Source of the DNA: the human T2T-CHM13v2.0 reference genome, Homo sapiens
DNA: 64,000 nucleotides
Reading direction: 5' to 3' (one strand)
Assembly: GCF_009914755.1 (NCBI RefSeq)
Contig: NC_060930.1
Part shown: positions 26,590-45,383 of the stretch, piece by piece
Position numbering within the stretch: position 1 is the first letter of the stretch
Layout of the letters: each line of letters begins with the position of its first letter
The notes under the pieces: generated by a model
The model's input: the letters and a program-made list of their open reading frames with translations, nothing else
Databases searched by the model: none
Told to the model about the DNA's origin: nothing
Made by a program: the position numbers and the translations under genes

Positions 26590-29539
26590 TGAACCGGAAT
26601 TCTTAATTTTGACACAAACAAATTTATCAATTTCTTTTTTGTGTGTGTTTTTTTTTTCTGTGTGTGGTTTTTGTTTTTCACATTTCTGAGTATGACCTAG
26701 ATTTATCCTTTGATAACTTCTTCTCTCTTCCCCATTTTCCTCCACTGGAGGTCAGCTATATGTGTGTGAGAGGGTTAGGTATATGTGGATATATAGAGAA
26801 AGTTTAGGTATACATATGTGGAGAGGTCAGATAAATATGTATATATGGGAGAGATATTGGGTATATATTTTGGGGAGGGGAGGTCAGGTATATGTGGACA
26901 TATGGGGAGGGGAGACCACAGCTCTCCTGGAGTCACCCTCTTCCTCTTCCCTTCTGGGGAGGTAACGGTGGGGACTGAGAGGGTGTTCCTCCCTTCTTAT
27001 TATTAGCCCCTGGGTACTTTAGGGTCTCTAGTGGTTATTTTTCACAGAATTTTAACTGATAACTAATGAACAAATGTTTTCCCCACAGAAATATCTTTAC
27101 GCCTTTTACAATCATTTTTATTTTCTATGCCATAACTTTATTAATATTTGCCAATTTACTTGGGGTAGGACTTTGAAAATTTTGTTTAAATTAAGGGAGG
27201 AGACCACCCCTCATATTGTCTTATGCCCAATTTCTGCCTCCAAAGAAAGAAAAAGTAAAAATTAAAAGGGAGAAATGAAATCCACAGGCAAACAGCCCGG
27301 CACCGCACCCTGGGTCTGGTTAAAGATCGACCTTTGACCTAACAGGTTATGTTATCTATAGATTCCAGACATTGTATGGAAAAGCATTGTGAAAATCCCT
27401 GTGCTGTTCTGTTCTGTTCTGATTACTGATGCATGCAGCCCCAGTCACGTACCCCCTGCTTGCTCAATCAATCACGACCCTCTCATGCAGACCCCCTTAG
27501 AGTTGTAAGCCCTTAAAAGGGACAGGAATTGCTCACTCAGGGAGCTGGTTTTTGGAGACAGAGGTGATTAACGGACGGTCAAGGCAGCCCCTTAGGCGAC
27601 TTAGGCCTGCCCTGTGGAGCATCCCTACGGGGAACTCCAGCCAGTTTGAGCGACACAGATCTGGAGAGCGCTCCCAGGTAGGCAATTGCCCCGGTGGAAC
27701 GCCTCACCAGAGCAGCACGTGGCAGGCCCTCGTGGAGGATCAACGCAGTGGCTGAACACCGGGAAGGAACTGGCACTTTGTTGTCAGGGCATATTCCAAA
27801 AGCATTAAGGCCTTCCTATCAAAAATCCTTAACCCAGTAACCCGCGGATGGCCCAAATGCATTCAATCTGTAGCGGCAACTGCTTTGCTAACAGAAGAAA
27901 GTAAAAAAATAACTTTTACAGGAAACCTCATTGTGAGCACACCTCACCGGTTCAGAAGTATCCTAAGGAAAAAAGAAAAAAGAAGATGATTTAACATTAA
28001 CCACTGAAAATTCTCTTAACCCGGCAGGTTTCCTAACAGGGGATCTAAATCTTAATTACCATACAAAGCTCTGACCAGACCTAGGAGGAACTCCCTTCAG
28101 GACAGGAGGATAGATGGTTCCTCCCAGGTAATTAAAAAAAAAAAAAAAGCCATCTATACCAATTCTAAGTTAATTTGGACTAAATAAGGTCTTATTAATA
28201 GCAAAGGATAATTGAAATCCCAAACTTACAAGGTTTTCAACAAAAGTAAAGTTTGCTAAAAGTTAACAGTGTAACATGTATTATAGTAACTTCTAATCTT
28301 GTGGCCTTAGACAGTCTAGTCCACAGACATAAAAGAAGTTCGCTTTGGAAAAGAATGGTTATCATCCTCGGAAAAAAAAAAAGGAAATAAAGAGGAGGCA
28401 GAATTTATATAAAAAAGAATGTTGTATGGAAAATCCTTGTCCTGAGATAAATTAACTAGTTGTTTAAAGAAAGGGATGTTTGCAATAAGTCAGAAAGTTG
28501 AGGCATGTCGAAGAATTGTCTGTGAAAGTCATGAAAAAAATGTGTTAGAAAAATAAATTTATGCAAGAAATGTTGTATAATTTAAAAGTAATTAGGCCTC
28601 CTTCTAAATGTAAAACTATTGAATAAACAGTTTATGTGCAAGGTATGTAAGGAAAGTAAAATATACCTTTGGTAAAAGGATTATGAGGATGCATAAGAAT
28701 GTGGATTTTTACCTACATTAAAAGGTTACAAAAATTGTTTTGAAGGTTTAAGCAAGTTTTGAAACCTTAATTGTAAAGAAAATTCTGTGTCTAAACATAT
28801 TGGCTAAAGTTAAGGGGTATCATACAGTTTTTCTGTGAACTGAACATTAAAATAAAAACACAACGGGTTTTTCTTAAAGCACTAACCTGTTCTTTAACAA
28901 AAATTATAAAAGGTTAAAGAAAAGTCTATAAAAATCTTACCTTATGGTCAGACATTAAAAATCAAATAAATATGTCTACAGAGTTTTATTAAAACTAAGT
29001 TTAACATTAATAACACACCAATATAAAGGTGAAATCTAGCTTATCTGGTATAAACATACAAGAAGCGTTGTCAAATATAAAATGGCATTTGACTTTCTTT
29101 GGTCTAAAAACTAATAAAAATAGGTGCTAAAGGAAATTTCTCAGTAAGAAGGCACCAAGGACTATAAAGTCCACTGCTGATGTCCCCACATTTAAAACAA
29201 AAGGTCAACTTCTTAAAAGTTATATACTTGGTTTATCTTCCACTTTCCTTTCCCTCAAAACTAAAAGTCTTTTAGCACATGTACCACCCCTAGAATTTTC
29301 TGTAAACCAGCACCAGCCTGAAGATCATGTTCTCATCAAAGGGTGGAAAGAAGGAAAACTTGAGCCAGCCTAGGAAGGACCCTACCTTGTGCTGCTAACC
29401 ACCGAGACTGTTGTTCATACGGTGAAAAAGGGATGGACTCATCACACCCGAGTCAAGAAAGTGCCACCCCCTCCAGAGTCATGGGCCATAGTCCCAGGGG
29501 AAAACCCTACCAAACTAAAGCTAAGAAAAATTTAACTCC

Positions 29540-30720
29540 TTCATCTATTCTATTACTCTTTCTTCTTCCCTCACTCTATTTCTGACCATCTAGTTATTAA
29601 CATAACCAAGTCAATTTTGCCTCAAACTATTGAATTTAATGCTTGCCTTGTTATACCCTGTGGGGACTTGCCAAGTCGAAGACATCTCTGTACTTCAGAA
29701 AAGTACCTCTGTCCCTCCTGACTCTCCTCAGACTGAGCCTTAGTAAACTGAGACCATTTAATCCAGAGAGATTTCAATAAAGACCCCAGTGTCAACGAGG
29801 AGTCTTGCCCCCCGATGTAGAGCTTTTATGCCATAGTTGGTCGAATGTTGTGTGGACCACTAAAGAGCGAGGATGGACTGCCCCAACCGGTTTTTGTAAT
29901 TTCCTAAAATCATACATTCATTTTACTAGAGGGTCATAGAAGTTAAAGACTTAAAACAAACTTTGATAATTAAGCAGGATACCAAGATGCAAATGCCCAG
30001 TTGGAATGGATCAAATATTCTGTCCACACATTAAACAAAACCAATTGTTATGCTTGTGCACATGGCAGGCCAGAGGGCCAGATTATCCCCTTTCCACTAA
30101 GGTGGTCCTCCTGTTGACCAGGCATGGGCTGCATGGTAACTGTTTTCCAGGATGCTACAGCCTGGAGTAATAAGTCGTGCCAAGCTCTCTCTGCTATATC
30201 CCAAAGTCCAGCACCCTGCAGGTCAACCCCTGAGGGCCATCCAGCTTCCATCTCCCAAAACTAAGTTCACTTCTTGTCTCTCATGACAGGGAGGAAACTT
30301 AGCATTCCTTGGAGACCTGAAGGGATGCAGTGAGCTTAAGAATTTTCAGGAGCTTCTCAATCAGTCAGCCTTTGTTCATCCCCAAGCGGATGTGTGGTGG
30401 TATTGTGGTGGACCTTTACTGGGCACTCTGCCAAATAACTGGAGCGGCACTTGTACTTTAGTCCAGTTGGCTATCCCTTTCACCCTAGCATTTCATCAAC
30501 CAGAGGGAGGAAAAATAAGACATCGTAAAGCAAGAGAAGACCCTTATGTGTCTTTCAACTCTCACATCTATTTAGATGCAATTGGAGTCCCACAGGGAAT
30601 AGCAGATCAATTTAAATCCCAAAATCAAATAGCTGCAGGATTTGAGTCAATATTTTGGTGGGTGACAGTTAATAAAAATGTAGATTGGATAAACTACATC
30701 TATTACAACCAACAGCAATG
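29540..30720 (+). pseudogene. Disrupted env fragment, HERV-I/IP-like
   Basis: WWYCGGPLLGTLPNNWSGTC...RHRKAR...AIGVPQG..NQIAAGFESIFWWVTVNKNVDWINYIYYNQQ, cut off at the start of TM. Confidence 0.65.
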
Positions 30721-31260
30721 AGTTTTTCATGAGTTAAAAGAAAAACTCATGTCGGCCCCAGCCCTGGGGCTACCTGACCTGACAAAACCCTTTACACTCT
30801 ATGTGTCAGAAAGAGAAAAAATGGCGGTTGGAGTTTTGACCCAGACTGTGGGGCCCTGGCCGAGGCTGGGCCTCCAAACAACTAGATGGAGTTTCTAAGG
30901 GTTGGCCTCCATGCTTAAGAGCCTTGGCAGCAACAGCCCTGCTAGCACAAGAGGCAGATAAGCTAACTCTTGGACAAAACCTAAACTTAAAGGCCCTCCA
31001 TGCTGTGGTGACTTTAATAAATACATCATTGGCTAACAAATGCTAGATTAACCAAGTACCAAAGTTTGCTATGTGAAAATCCCTGCATAACCATTGAAAT
31101 TTGCAACACCCTAAAACCTGCCACCTTGCTCCTGGTATCAGAAAGCCCAGTTGAAAGTGACTGAGTAGAGGTATTGGACTCAGTTAATTCTAGTGGGCCC
31201 AACTTCCAAGACCATCCTTGAACATCAGTAGACTGTGAGCTGTACGTGGCAGCTTCGCCA
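30721..31260 (+). pseudogene. Retroviral pol fragment (RT connection/RNase H)
   Basis: [47 protein letters not shown] and GWPPCLRALAATALLAQEADKLTLGQ, with frameshifts. Confidence 0.8.
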
Positions 31261-31342
31261 ACGCCTGCAAAGTGACTGAAGAAGACAACAAGCCCTGCTC
31301 CAGTCACACCCGGAAGCTGACTGGTCCATGCATGGCCGAAAC

Positions 31343-32740
31343 ATGAGAAAACTCATCAAGGGACTCATTTTCCTTAAAATTTGGACTTGCACAGTAAAGA
31401 CTTCAACTAACCTTCCTCAGACTGAGGGCTGTTCCCAGTGTATACATCAAGTCACTGAGGTAGGACAAAAAGTTGCTACAGTCTTATTATTTTATGGTTA
31501 TTATAAGTGTACAAAGACTCTAAAAATAACTTGTTTGTATAATGCTATTCTATACAAGGCAGGTAGCCCAAGAAATGACCAACCTGATGTGTGTTATGAC
31601 CCATCTGAGCCTCCCACGACCACAGTTTTTGAAATAAGATTGAGGACTGAGGACTGGTGGGGGTTCATAAACGATACGAGTAAAGTGTTAGCCAAAACAG
31701 AAGAAAAAGGAATGCCCAAACAAGTCACCTTGAAATTTGATGCCTGTGCTGTCATTAATAGTAATAAGTTAGAAATAGGATGTGGTTCTGTTCATTAGGA
31801 AAGAGGCTATATGGCAGAAAATAAGTACGCTTGTCATGAATTAAGACTGCGTGGAAATAAATGTAGATACTGGTCTTGTGTCATTTAGGCAACTTGGTTA
31901 AAAAATAAAAAGAATCCTGTCCACCTTCAGAAAGGGAAAAGTGGCCCTTCCTGTACCAGTGGTCAGTGTAACCCCTTAGAACTAGTAATAACCAACCCCC
32001 TTGATTCTCACTGGAAAAAAGGGGATCGTGTAACCTTAGAAATAGTTGGGGCTGGACTGGATCCTTGAGTAAATATGGTGGTTTGAGGAGAAGTTTATAA
32101 ATGCTCCCCTGAGCCAGTATTTCAAACCTTCTTATGATGAACTGAATGTGCCAGTACTAGAAATTCCAGGAAAAACAAGAAATTTGTTTTTGCAATTAGC
32201 TGAGCATGTAGCCCAGTCTCTCAATGTCACTTCATGTTATGTATGTATGTGGAGGAACTGTAATGGGAGATCAATGGCCATGGGAAGCACGAGAATTAGT
32301 ACCTACAGACCCAGTTCCTGATAAATTCCCAGCTCAAAAGACTCACCCTGATAACTTCTGGGTCCTAAAAGCCTCAATCATTAGACAATACTGTATAGCA
32401 AAAGTGGGGAAGGACTTCACCCTTCCTGTGGGAAGACTCAGCTGCCTTGGGCAAAAACTGTATAATAGTACTATAAAAACAGCCACCTAGTGGAGTTCAA
32501 ACCACACTAAGAAAAATCTATTTAGTAAATTCCCAAAGTTGCAAACTGTGTGGACCCACCCAGAGTCCCACCGGGACTGGACAGCCCCCACTGGATTATA
32601 CTGGATATGTGGGCATACAGCTTATGCCAAATTACCTGACCAGTGGGCAGGTAGTTGTGTTATTGACACTATTAAACCATCTTTCTTCCTACTGCCCATA
32701 AAGACAGGCAAACTCCTGGGCTTCCCTGTATATGCTTCCC

Positions 32741-32773
<33 letters not shown>

Positions 32774-33428
32774 CATAGCTATAGAAAATTGGAAAAATAA
32801 TGAATGGCCCCCTGAGAGAATCATACAATATTATGGGCCTGCTACTTGGGCACAAGACGGCTTGTGGGGATATGGGACCCCCATTTACATGCTCAACTGA
32901 ATCATACGGTTACAAGCTGTCTTAGAAATAATTACTAATAAGACCAGCAGAGCCCTGACTACTGTGGCCTGGCAAGAAACTCAGATGCAAAATGCTATCT
33001 ATCAAAATGGATTGGCTCTCGACTACTTGCTAGCAACTGAAGGAGGGGTCTGTAGGAAATTTAACCTTACTAATTGCTGTCTACACATAGATGATTAAGG
33101 GCAAGTAGTTGAAGACATAGTTAGAAATATGACAAAAGTGGCACATGTGCCCATGTAGGTGTGGTATGGATTTGTTTCTGGGGCCATGTTTGAAAAATGG
33201 TTCCGAGTGCTAAGAAGATTTAAAACTCTTATAATAGGAGTTATAATATTAATAGAAACCTGCTTACTGCTTCCTTGTTTGCTACCTGTACTTCTCCAAA
33301 TGATAAAAAGCTTCATCACTACCTTAGCTCACCAAAATGCTTCAGCACAAGTGTACTATATGAATCATTATCAATCTGTCTTTCAAGAAGACATAGGTAG
33401 TGAGAATAAAAGTGAGAACTCCCACTAA
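31343..33428 (+). pseudogene. HERV-E-type env pseudogene
   Basis: MRKLIKGLIFLKIWTC..., immunosuppressive domain [27 protein letters not shown] and a TM anchor. Multiple stops and frameshifts. Confidence 0.85.
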
Positions 33429-34131
33429 TGAGTGAGATTCTCAAAGGGGGTGAATAAGTGAGGCGACCACCCCTCATATTGTCTTATGCCCAATTTTTGC
33501 CTCCAAAGAAAGAAAAAGTAAAAGCTAAAAGGCAGAAATGAAATCCACAGGCAGACAGCCTGGTGTTGCACCCTGGGTCTGGTTAAAGATTGACCCCCGA
33601 CCTAACCGGTTATGTTATCTATAGATTCCAGACATTGTATGGAAAAACACTGTGAAAATCCCTGTTCTGTTCTGATTACTGGTGCATGCAGCTGCCAGTC
33701 ACATACCCCCACTTGCTCAGTCGATCATGACCCTCTCACACAGACCCCCTTAGAGTTGCAAGCCCTTAAAAGGGACAGGAATTGCTCACTCAGGGAGCTC
33801 GGTTTTTGGAGATGTGAGTCTTGCCAAAGCTCCCAGCTGAATAAAGCCCTTCCTTCTTTAACTCAGTGTCTGAGGGGTTTTGTCTGTAGCTTGTCCTCCT
33901 ACAAAAATAAGTGTTAAACATGAGTTTTATATTACCTCATAGGTGGAAGAAGACAGGCCAAAAAAGCTGTTTTAACAACAACAAAATGCACAAATATTTA
34001 TACTAACAAGACAGATATCCATTGCAGTATGACACGAGAAACAAATAAATGAGACAAGCAGTCAATTCAGACATTTTAGGAAGTGATTTTTACAGAACAT
34101 AGTGACAATTGCTGAGATCTGGTAGCCTTGA

Positions 34132-35562
<1,431 letters not shown>

Positions 35563-36249
35563 TCAACTCTTGACCTTATGAACACAGCCCTATACCAGTT
35601 CCCTTCATGCATGTGCCTATAAGCTAAACCCTTTCCCAAGTGTACATGAAAATCTGAACCCCAACAAATATGGCCTAATTCTAAATCTGACTTTCCCAGG
35701 AGTAATTTTTGTCATTTCCAGCTTACCAGCCTTTGTGAGTGTTGAATTTCAGCATTTCTGTTTGCTTGCAGCAGAAGGTGGAGCAAGGATAGGGTGGCTC
35801 AAGATTAGAGTTTCTTCTTTAACAGTTCAGTCAACTTTTTAATCTTGGATTTATAGCTTCCTACCTGCTCTCTTAAAGGTGAAATGATCTATTCACCTTC
35901 AGACCATTTGCCCTCGGGGTCTCACTGAGCAATCTATGGCTTAAGTCTTCTAAGTCTCTTAATGGCCAAATACAATGGACAATTTTCAGGTATATCTGAC
36001 ACCATTTCTCTGCAGCCTTTGGCACCTATAACCACTCCATGGCTTCCACAATGTGATTGGTCATTTCTTTTTTGTTTATATGACAAGTTTTTATTCTTCT
36101 TCTGCCTGTTAAATGCGCCTGACCCCCAGTATTCTGATTTTCACTATTTTTCTTAAAAAAAAAAGTTTAAATGAAAAAAGTTTCTTATGAAAATATTAAA
36201 ACATATACAAAAATAGAATAGACATTGATAATAGATCCTAAAATTCCTA

Positions 36250-37960
<1,711 letters not shown>

Positions 37961-38308
37961 ATTATATGGTATGCTAATTATATCTTACCAAAAATTGAAA
38001 AAAAGGAATAGTACTATCAGCCCCAATGTGCCCATCATCAATATTCTACATGTTTCCAATGTTATTGTATCTGTTTGCCTACAGTCGAGGCCCTGATATC
38101 CTGTTTGATTTTCTTGAATTGCCAAAATTTGCATACATGCTTACAAAAATAATGCCTGTTGAATTTGCTAGATATGTAAAGGTTTGGAGCAAATCAGGTG
38201 TATTAAATTTATTAATATTGTTTGAAATGTCTAAGGCAATAATTCCCAAACTTCGTTGAGGGAGAAGGAAAGCTTTTAAAATCCCATTGCCCAGGTGGCA
38301 TCCCATAC

Positions 38309-38985
38309 TGTTACTGGGAATTATGCATTGGGATGGATCCTTTAACCGAGGAGATTATTATAGCCGGAGCTCTGAAGCAGCAATCTCAGTTCTTGTGATA
38401 GTGAGCAAAGAACTACAAACTAACACCAAAATGCAAGCTTAAAGCAAAGTTTATTGAAGCACAATAATACACTCTGAGGGACAGCGGGCTTATTTCTGCG
38501 AAGTGAACTCAGCACTTCTTTACAGAGCTCAAGGTGCTTTTATGGGGTTTGTGGGGAGGAGTTGAGGTTTGGGCTGTATCTGAGTGACAGGATGATGTTA
38601 TTTGATTGAAGTTTATAGCTATACAATCTAAAATTAAACTGTGCATGGTCTTACCTATAATTTGTTAAGAAAAGCCTCCCAGGGATGGGGGGGCAAAACT
38701 GTATGTAAATTCTATTATAATGATGGCATGATGAACTTGGGGTGAACTTGAAGACAGGCTTTTGTGTTGTTGGGCATGTGCCACCTTAGGGAATTTCCAC
38801 CTGTACCCTCCTTTCTCTTTCTCCAGGATATTTTGGCCACAGACTTTATCATAAACTCCATCCCTTAGGGTGGCATTAGGGTAGTCTTGGGCCTGAATTT
38901 AGGTGGGCCAGTGGCTGTCTTAGTGACAGCCTTTCCGCTCTCTTCTGTCATCCCCTCCCAACTGCTAATGTCTAACTACCTAACA
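38309..38985 (-). mobile_element. Probable solo ERV1 LTR (MER50/MER66-like group) antisense to HFE
   Basis: Minus strand starts TGTTAGGTAGTTAGACATTAGCAG and ends ...GTAACA. CATAAAAG TATA-like at about 38540, AATAAA at 38450-38455. Confidence 0.5.
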
Positions 38986-39499
38986 ATTACCCATTAAATC
39001 AGTGTGTCTGGGGTTAGGAGCAGGCCTCAATATGTTTAATCATTCTCCAGATAATCCCAATACTGTAAAGTTTGTGAAACACTTGTCAGATAATTCAATT
39101 ATGAAGGCTGTGGAACGTGTTTCAGTAGGATCTAATTGGTTAATGTTATGACTTAATTAATTTGAATCAAAAAACAAAATGAAAAAGCTTTATATTTCTA
39201 AGTCAAATAAGACATAAGTTGGTCTAAGGTTGAGATAAAATTTTTAAATGTATGATTGAATTTTGAAAATCATAAATATTTAAATATCTAAAGTTCAGAT
39301 CAGAACATTGCGAAGCTACTTTCCCCAATCAACAACACCCCTTCAGGATTTAAAAACCAAGGGGGACACTGGATCACCTAGTGTTTCACAAGCAGGTACC
39401 TTCTGCTGTAGGAGAGAGAGAACTAAAGTTCTGAAAGACCTGTTGCTTTTCACCAGGAAGTTTTACTGGGCATCTCCTGAGCCTAGGCAATAGCTGTAG

Positions 39500-39930
<431 letters not shown>

Positions 39931-41214
39931 CTAGAATGCTTTTAAATAAATCTCGTAGTTCCTCACTTGAGCTGAGCTAAGCCTGGGGCTCCTTGAACCT
40001 GGAACTCGGGTTTATTTCCAATGTCAGCTGTGCAGTTTTTTCCCCAGTCATCTCCAAACAGGAAGTTCTTCCCTGAGTGCTTGCCGAGAAGGCTGAGCAA
40101 ACCCACAGCAGGATCCGCACGGGGTTTCCACCTCAGAACGAATGCGTTGGGCGGTGGGGGCGCGAAAGAGTGGCGTTGGGGATCTGAATTCTTCACCATT
40201 CCACCCACTTTTGGTGAGACCTGGGGTGGAGGTCTCTAGGGTGGGAGGCTCCTGAGAGAGGCCTACCTCGGGCCTTTCCCCACTCTTGGCAATTGTTCTT
40301 TTGCCTGGAAAATTAAGTATATGTTAGTTTTGAACGTTTGAACTGAACAATTCTCTTTTCGGCTAGGCTTTATTGATTTGCAATGTGCTGTGTAATTAAG
40401 AGGCCTCTCTACAAAGTACTGATAATGAACATGTAAGCAATGCACTCACTTCTAAGTTACATTCATATCTGATCTTATTTGATTTTCACTAGGCATAGGG
40501 AGGTAGGAGCTAATAATACGTTTATTTTACTAGAAGTTAACTGGAATTCAGATTATATAACTCTTTTCAGGTTACAAAGAACATAAATAATCTGGTTTTC
40601 TGATGTTATTTCAAGTACTACAGCTGCTTCTAATCTTAGTTGACAGTGATTTTGCCCTGTAGTGTAGCACAGTGTTCTGTGGGTCACACGCCGGCCTCAG
40701 CACAGCACTTTGAGTTTTGGTACTACGTGTATCCACATTTTACACATGACAAGAATGAGGCATGGCACGGCCTGCTTCCTGGCAAATTTATTCAATGGTA
40801 CACGGGGCTTTGGTGGCAGAGCTCATGTCTCCACTTCATAGCTATGATTCTTAAACATCACACTGCATTAGAGGTTGAATAATAAAATTTCATGTTGAGC
40901 AGAAATATTCATTGTTTACAAGTGTAAATGAGTCCCAGCCATGTGTTGCACTGTTCAAGCCCCAAGGGAGAGAGCAGGGAAACAAGTCTTTACCCTTTGA
41001 TATTTTGCATTCTAGTGGGAGAGATGACAATAAGCAAATGAGCAGAAAGATATACAACATCAGGAAATCATGGGTGTTGTGAGAAGCAGAGAAGTCAGGG
41101 CAAGTCACTCTGGGGCTGACACTTGAGCAGAGACATGAAGGAAATAAGAATGATATTGACTGGGAGCAGTATTTCCCAGGCAAACTGAGTGGGCCTGGCA
41201 AGTTGGATTAAAAA

Positions 41215-41430
41215 GCGGGTTTTCTCAGCACTACTCATGTGTGTGTGTGTGGGGGGGGGGGCGGCGTGGGGGTGGGAAGGGGGACTACCATCTGCATGTA
41301 GGATGTCTAGCAGTATCCTGTCCTCCCTACTCACTAGGTGCTAGGAGCACTCCCCCAGTCTTGACAACCAAAAATGTCTCTAAACTTTGCCACATGTCAC
41401 CTAGTAGACAAACTCCTGGTTAAGAAGCTC
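41215..41430 (-). mobile_element. MER20-like hAT element in HFE intron 1 (flanked by L2/MIR remnants)
   Basis: TGACAACCAAAAATGTCTCTAAACTTTGCCACATGTC is the reverse of the MER20 core. Confidence 0.6.
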
Positions 41431-41799
41431 GGGTTGAAAAAAATAAACAAGTAGTGCTGGGGAGTAGAGGCCAAGAAGTAGGTAATGGGCTCAGAAGAGG
41501 AGCCACAAACAAGGTTGTGCAGGCGCCTGTAGGCTGTGGTGTGAATTCTAGCCAAGGAGTAACAGTGATCTGTCACAGGCTTTTAAAAGATTGCTCTGGC
41601 TGCTATGTGGAAAGCAGAATGAAGGGAGCAACAGTAAAAGCAGGGAGCCCAGCCAGGAAGCTGTTACACAGTCCAGGCAAGAGGTAGTGGAGTGGGCTGG
41701 GTGGGAACAGAAAAGGGAGTGACAAACCATTGTCTCCTGAATATATTCTGAAGGAAGTTGCTGAAGGATTCTATGTTGTGTGAGAGAAAGAGAAGAATT

Positions 41800-42634
<835 letters not shown>

Positions 42635-42908
42635 TCAGGATTTGGGTCTAATTTGCCCTGAGCACCAACTCCTGAGTTCAACTACCATGGCTAGACACAC
42701 CTTAACATTTTCTAGAATCCACCAGCTTTAGTGGAGTCTGTCTAATCATGAGTATTGGAATAGGATCTGGGGGCAGTGAGGGGGTGGCAGCCACGTGTGG
42801 CAGAGAAAAGCACACAAGGAAAGAGCACCCAGGACTGTCATATGGAAGAAAGACAGGACTGCAACTCACCCTTCACAAAATGAGGACCAGACACAGCTGA
42901 TGGTATGA

Positions 42909-43897
<989 letters not shown>

Positions 43898-44043
43898 TGA
43901 GATGTATGAGACAGCCACAAGTCATGGGTTTAATTTCTTTTCTCCATGCATATGGCTCAAAGGGAAGTGTCTATGGCCCTTGCTTTTTATTTAACCAATA
44001 ATCTTTTGTATATTTATACCTGTTAAAAATTCAGAAATGTCAA

Positions 44044-44361
<318 letters not shown>

Positions 44362-44754
44362 CTATCATATGAATACCAGGACAAAATATCAAGTGAGGCC
44401 ACTTATCAGAGTAGAAGAATCCTTTAGGTTAAAAGTTTCTTTCATAGAACATAGCAATAATCACTGAAGCTACCTATCTTACAAGTCCGCTTCTTATAAC
44501 AATGCCTCCTAGGTTGACCCAGGTGAAACTGACCATCTGTATTCAATCATTTTCAATGCACATAAAGGGCAATTTTATCTATCAGAACAAAGAACATGGG
44601 TAACAGATATGTATATTTACATGTGAGGAGAACAAGCTGATCTGACTGCTCTCCAAGTGACACTGTGTTAGAGTCCAATCTTAGGACACAAAATGGTGTC
44701 TCTCCTGTAGCTTGTTTTTTTCTGAAAAGGGTATTTCCTTCCTCCAACCTATAG

Positions 44755-45111
<357 letters not shown>

Positions 45112-45245
45112 TGACTGATGAGAGCCAGGAGCTGAGAAAATCTATTGGGGGTTGAGAGGAGTGCCTGAGGAGGTAATTATGGCAGTGAGATGAGGATCTG
45201 CTCTTTGTTAGGGGGTGGGCTGAGGGTGGCAATCAAAGGCTTTAA

Positions 45246-45383
<138 letters not shown>

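Larger units (their letters stand above)
27192..33903 (+). mobile_element. Defective ERV1 provirus with LTR2-family LTRs (Harlequin/HERV-E-type mosaic)
   Basis: 5' LTR 27192 to about 27558 and 3' LTR 33455-33903 are direct repeats. PPT AAAGGGGGTGAA at 33443-33454. Contains a HERV-E-like leader and pol/env fragments. Imperfect TSD TAAAT/AAAAT. Confidence 0.88.

Noticed and set aside
31328-33428. Possible domesticated intact env
   Set aside because: Broken into short ORFs by multiple stops and frameshifts, with the cleavage site disrupted.
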